Source: an uncultured virus (IMG/VR IMGVR_UViG_3300044627_003959) (Duplodnaviria; Heunggongvirae; Uroviricota; Caudoviricetes). Taken from it: a stretch of 20,000 nucleotides of DNA. Below the pieces are notes generated by a model. It saw nothing but the letters and a program-made list of their open reading frames with translations. It made no database searches and was not told the origin of the DNA. The stretch lies in IMG/VR virus record IMGVR_UViG_3300044627_003959; one strand, written 5' to 3'. The translations under genes were made by a program, and so were the position numbers. Position 1 is the first letter of the stretch; each line of letters begins with the position of its first letter. This document shows positions 19,053 to 20,000 of the stretch, piece after piece.

Positions 19053-20000
19053 ATGAGTATAAGATACGGACAAAAAGTTTTTAATTTAGCGGATAAGCAA
19101 ATATCTACTGCTTTTACTGGATTTAACCGAGCCATAAAGCAGATGCCACCCTCTGCCACTAGTGTTGTTACTTCATATGATAGACCAACAGATTATGTTA
19201 CCATGCCCTCAATTACAAGTAGCGAGCAAAAGGTCGCGATGCTTGTTTTTATATCCAATGATTCGTCTAATTTTTTGTCATTCACATGTGCGGGCAACTA
19301 TACTGTTGATTGGGGAGACGGCACAACAGAAAATATTTCGTCCGGGGCAGCGGCGTATCACACTTATGATTATTCGGCTTTTGACCCGACTAACACAACC
19401 CTGAATTCAGAAGGTTTTAAGCAGGCCGTAGTTGTTATTACTCCTCAAGGAGGAGCTAATTTAACATCTTTAAATTTTCAAACAAGACACTCGTCCGCAG
19501 CCACTGCGAACGTTTATTCGCAACCTATCGCAGAAATGTATATTTCTGCGCCAAACCTTACATCTTTAACTATAGGCTCTGCGGGCCCCACTAGCGTTGT
19601 TTATCCAAGATATGTAAAATATATCAATTTAATTAATACGGGCTCGCTAACGAGTCTAGCCAATTTATTTTATAGTTTATATAACTTAATATTTTTTGAT
19701 GTTGGTACAACAGCAGCAATTACGAGCACAGCATCCATGTGCGCTGCTTGTTATAAATTACAGGGGTTCGCATTTAGTAATTTAGTTAATTTTTCCGCTT
19801 TGACTGCAACGAATAGTATGTTTAGCTCTTGCTATAGTTTGGTGGCACCACCGCTGTTCAATACGGCGAACGTTACTAATATGAACAATATGTTTGCTAG
19901 CTGTTACAGCTTAAGACAGGTGCCACTATTTAACACTGCGAACGTTACTAATATGTCAGCAATGTTCACTACGTGTCCCAGTTTGACTGCTGTTCCGTTG
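19053..20000 (+). CDS. 3'-truncated PKD-like + BspA/DUF285-type leucine-rich repeat protein (at least 316 aa), putative adhesin/receptor-binding protein
   Basis: Not in the ORF track because it has no stop in the window. Manual translation from ATG 19053 is open to the end: MSIRYGQKVF...NYTVDWGDGTTENISSGAAAYHTYDY...MFSSCYSLVAPPLFNTANVTNMNNMFASCYSLRQVPLFNTANVTNMSAMFTTCPSLTAVPL. It has the WGDG PKD motif and 23-aa 'FNT.NVTNM..MF..C.SL..VP' repeats. Confidence 0.85.
   Translation, partial: MSIRYGQKVFNLADKQISTAFTGFNRAIKQMPPSATSVVTSYDRPTDYVTMPSITSSEQKVAMLVFISNDSSNFLSFTCAGNYTVDWGDGTTENISSGAAAYHTYDYSAFDPTNTTLNSEGFKQAVVVITPQGGANLTSLNFQTRHSSAATANVYSQPIAEMYISAPNLTSLTIGSAGPTSVVYPRYVKYINLINTGSLTSLANLFYSLYNLIFFDVGTTAAITSTASMCAACYKLQGFAFSNLVNFSALTATNSMFSSCYSLVAPPLFNTANVTNMNNMFASCYSLRQVPLFNTANVTNMSAMFTTCPSLTAVPL

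Noticed and set aside
19162..19404. 80-aa + strand ORF in the track
   Set aside because: It lies out of frame inside the longer ORF starting at 19053, which has recognisable PKD and LRR motifs.

Overview
The whole window is one tightly packed, + strand block of about 19 genes. It looks like the tail and baseplate morphogenesis region of a large contractile-tailed (myovirus-like) phage or prophage. All product calls come from motifs, composition and gene order read by eye; no database search was run. Order: a 5'-truncated structural gene; a likely tail-assembly-chaperone pair with a canonical -1 slippery site (A AAT TTT); a tape-measure-like protein; a small baseplate/tube-initiator-like gene; a hypothetical gene; a baseplate-hub-like gene; a 1011-aa cysteine-rich repeat protein; three consecutive small CxxC proteins, one of them membrane-bound and DUF1360-like; a sigma-70-family sigma factor with its own near-consensus promoter; a hypothetical gene; gp25-like, baseplate J/gp6-like and second wedge-like genes; a small acidic protein; a collagen-like fibre with CBM-like and C1q/BclA-like domains; a small beta-rich protein; and a 3'-truncated PKD + BspA/DUF285 leucine-rich-repeat protein missed by the ORF track. 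The most interesting candidate system is the Cys-rich structural protein with the adjacent CxxC trio, which may be a virus-encoded thiol-disulfide (or metal-handling) module inside the baseplate operon. Start codons lack Shine-Dalgarno motifs and are nearly all coupled to the previous stop codon. No RNA genes, CRISPR arrays or mobile elements were seen.
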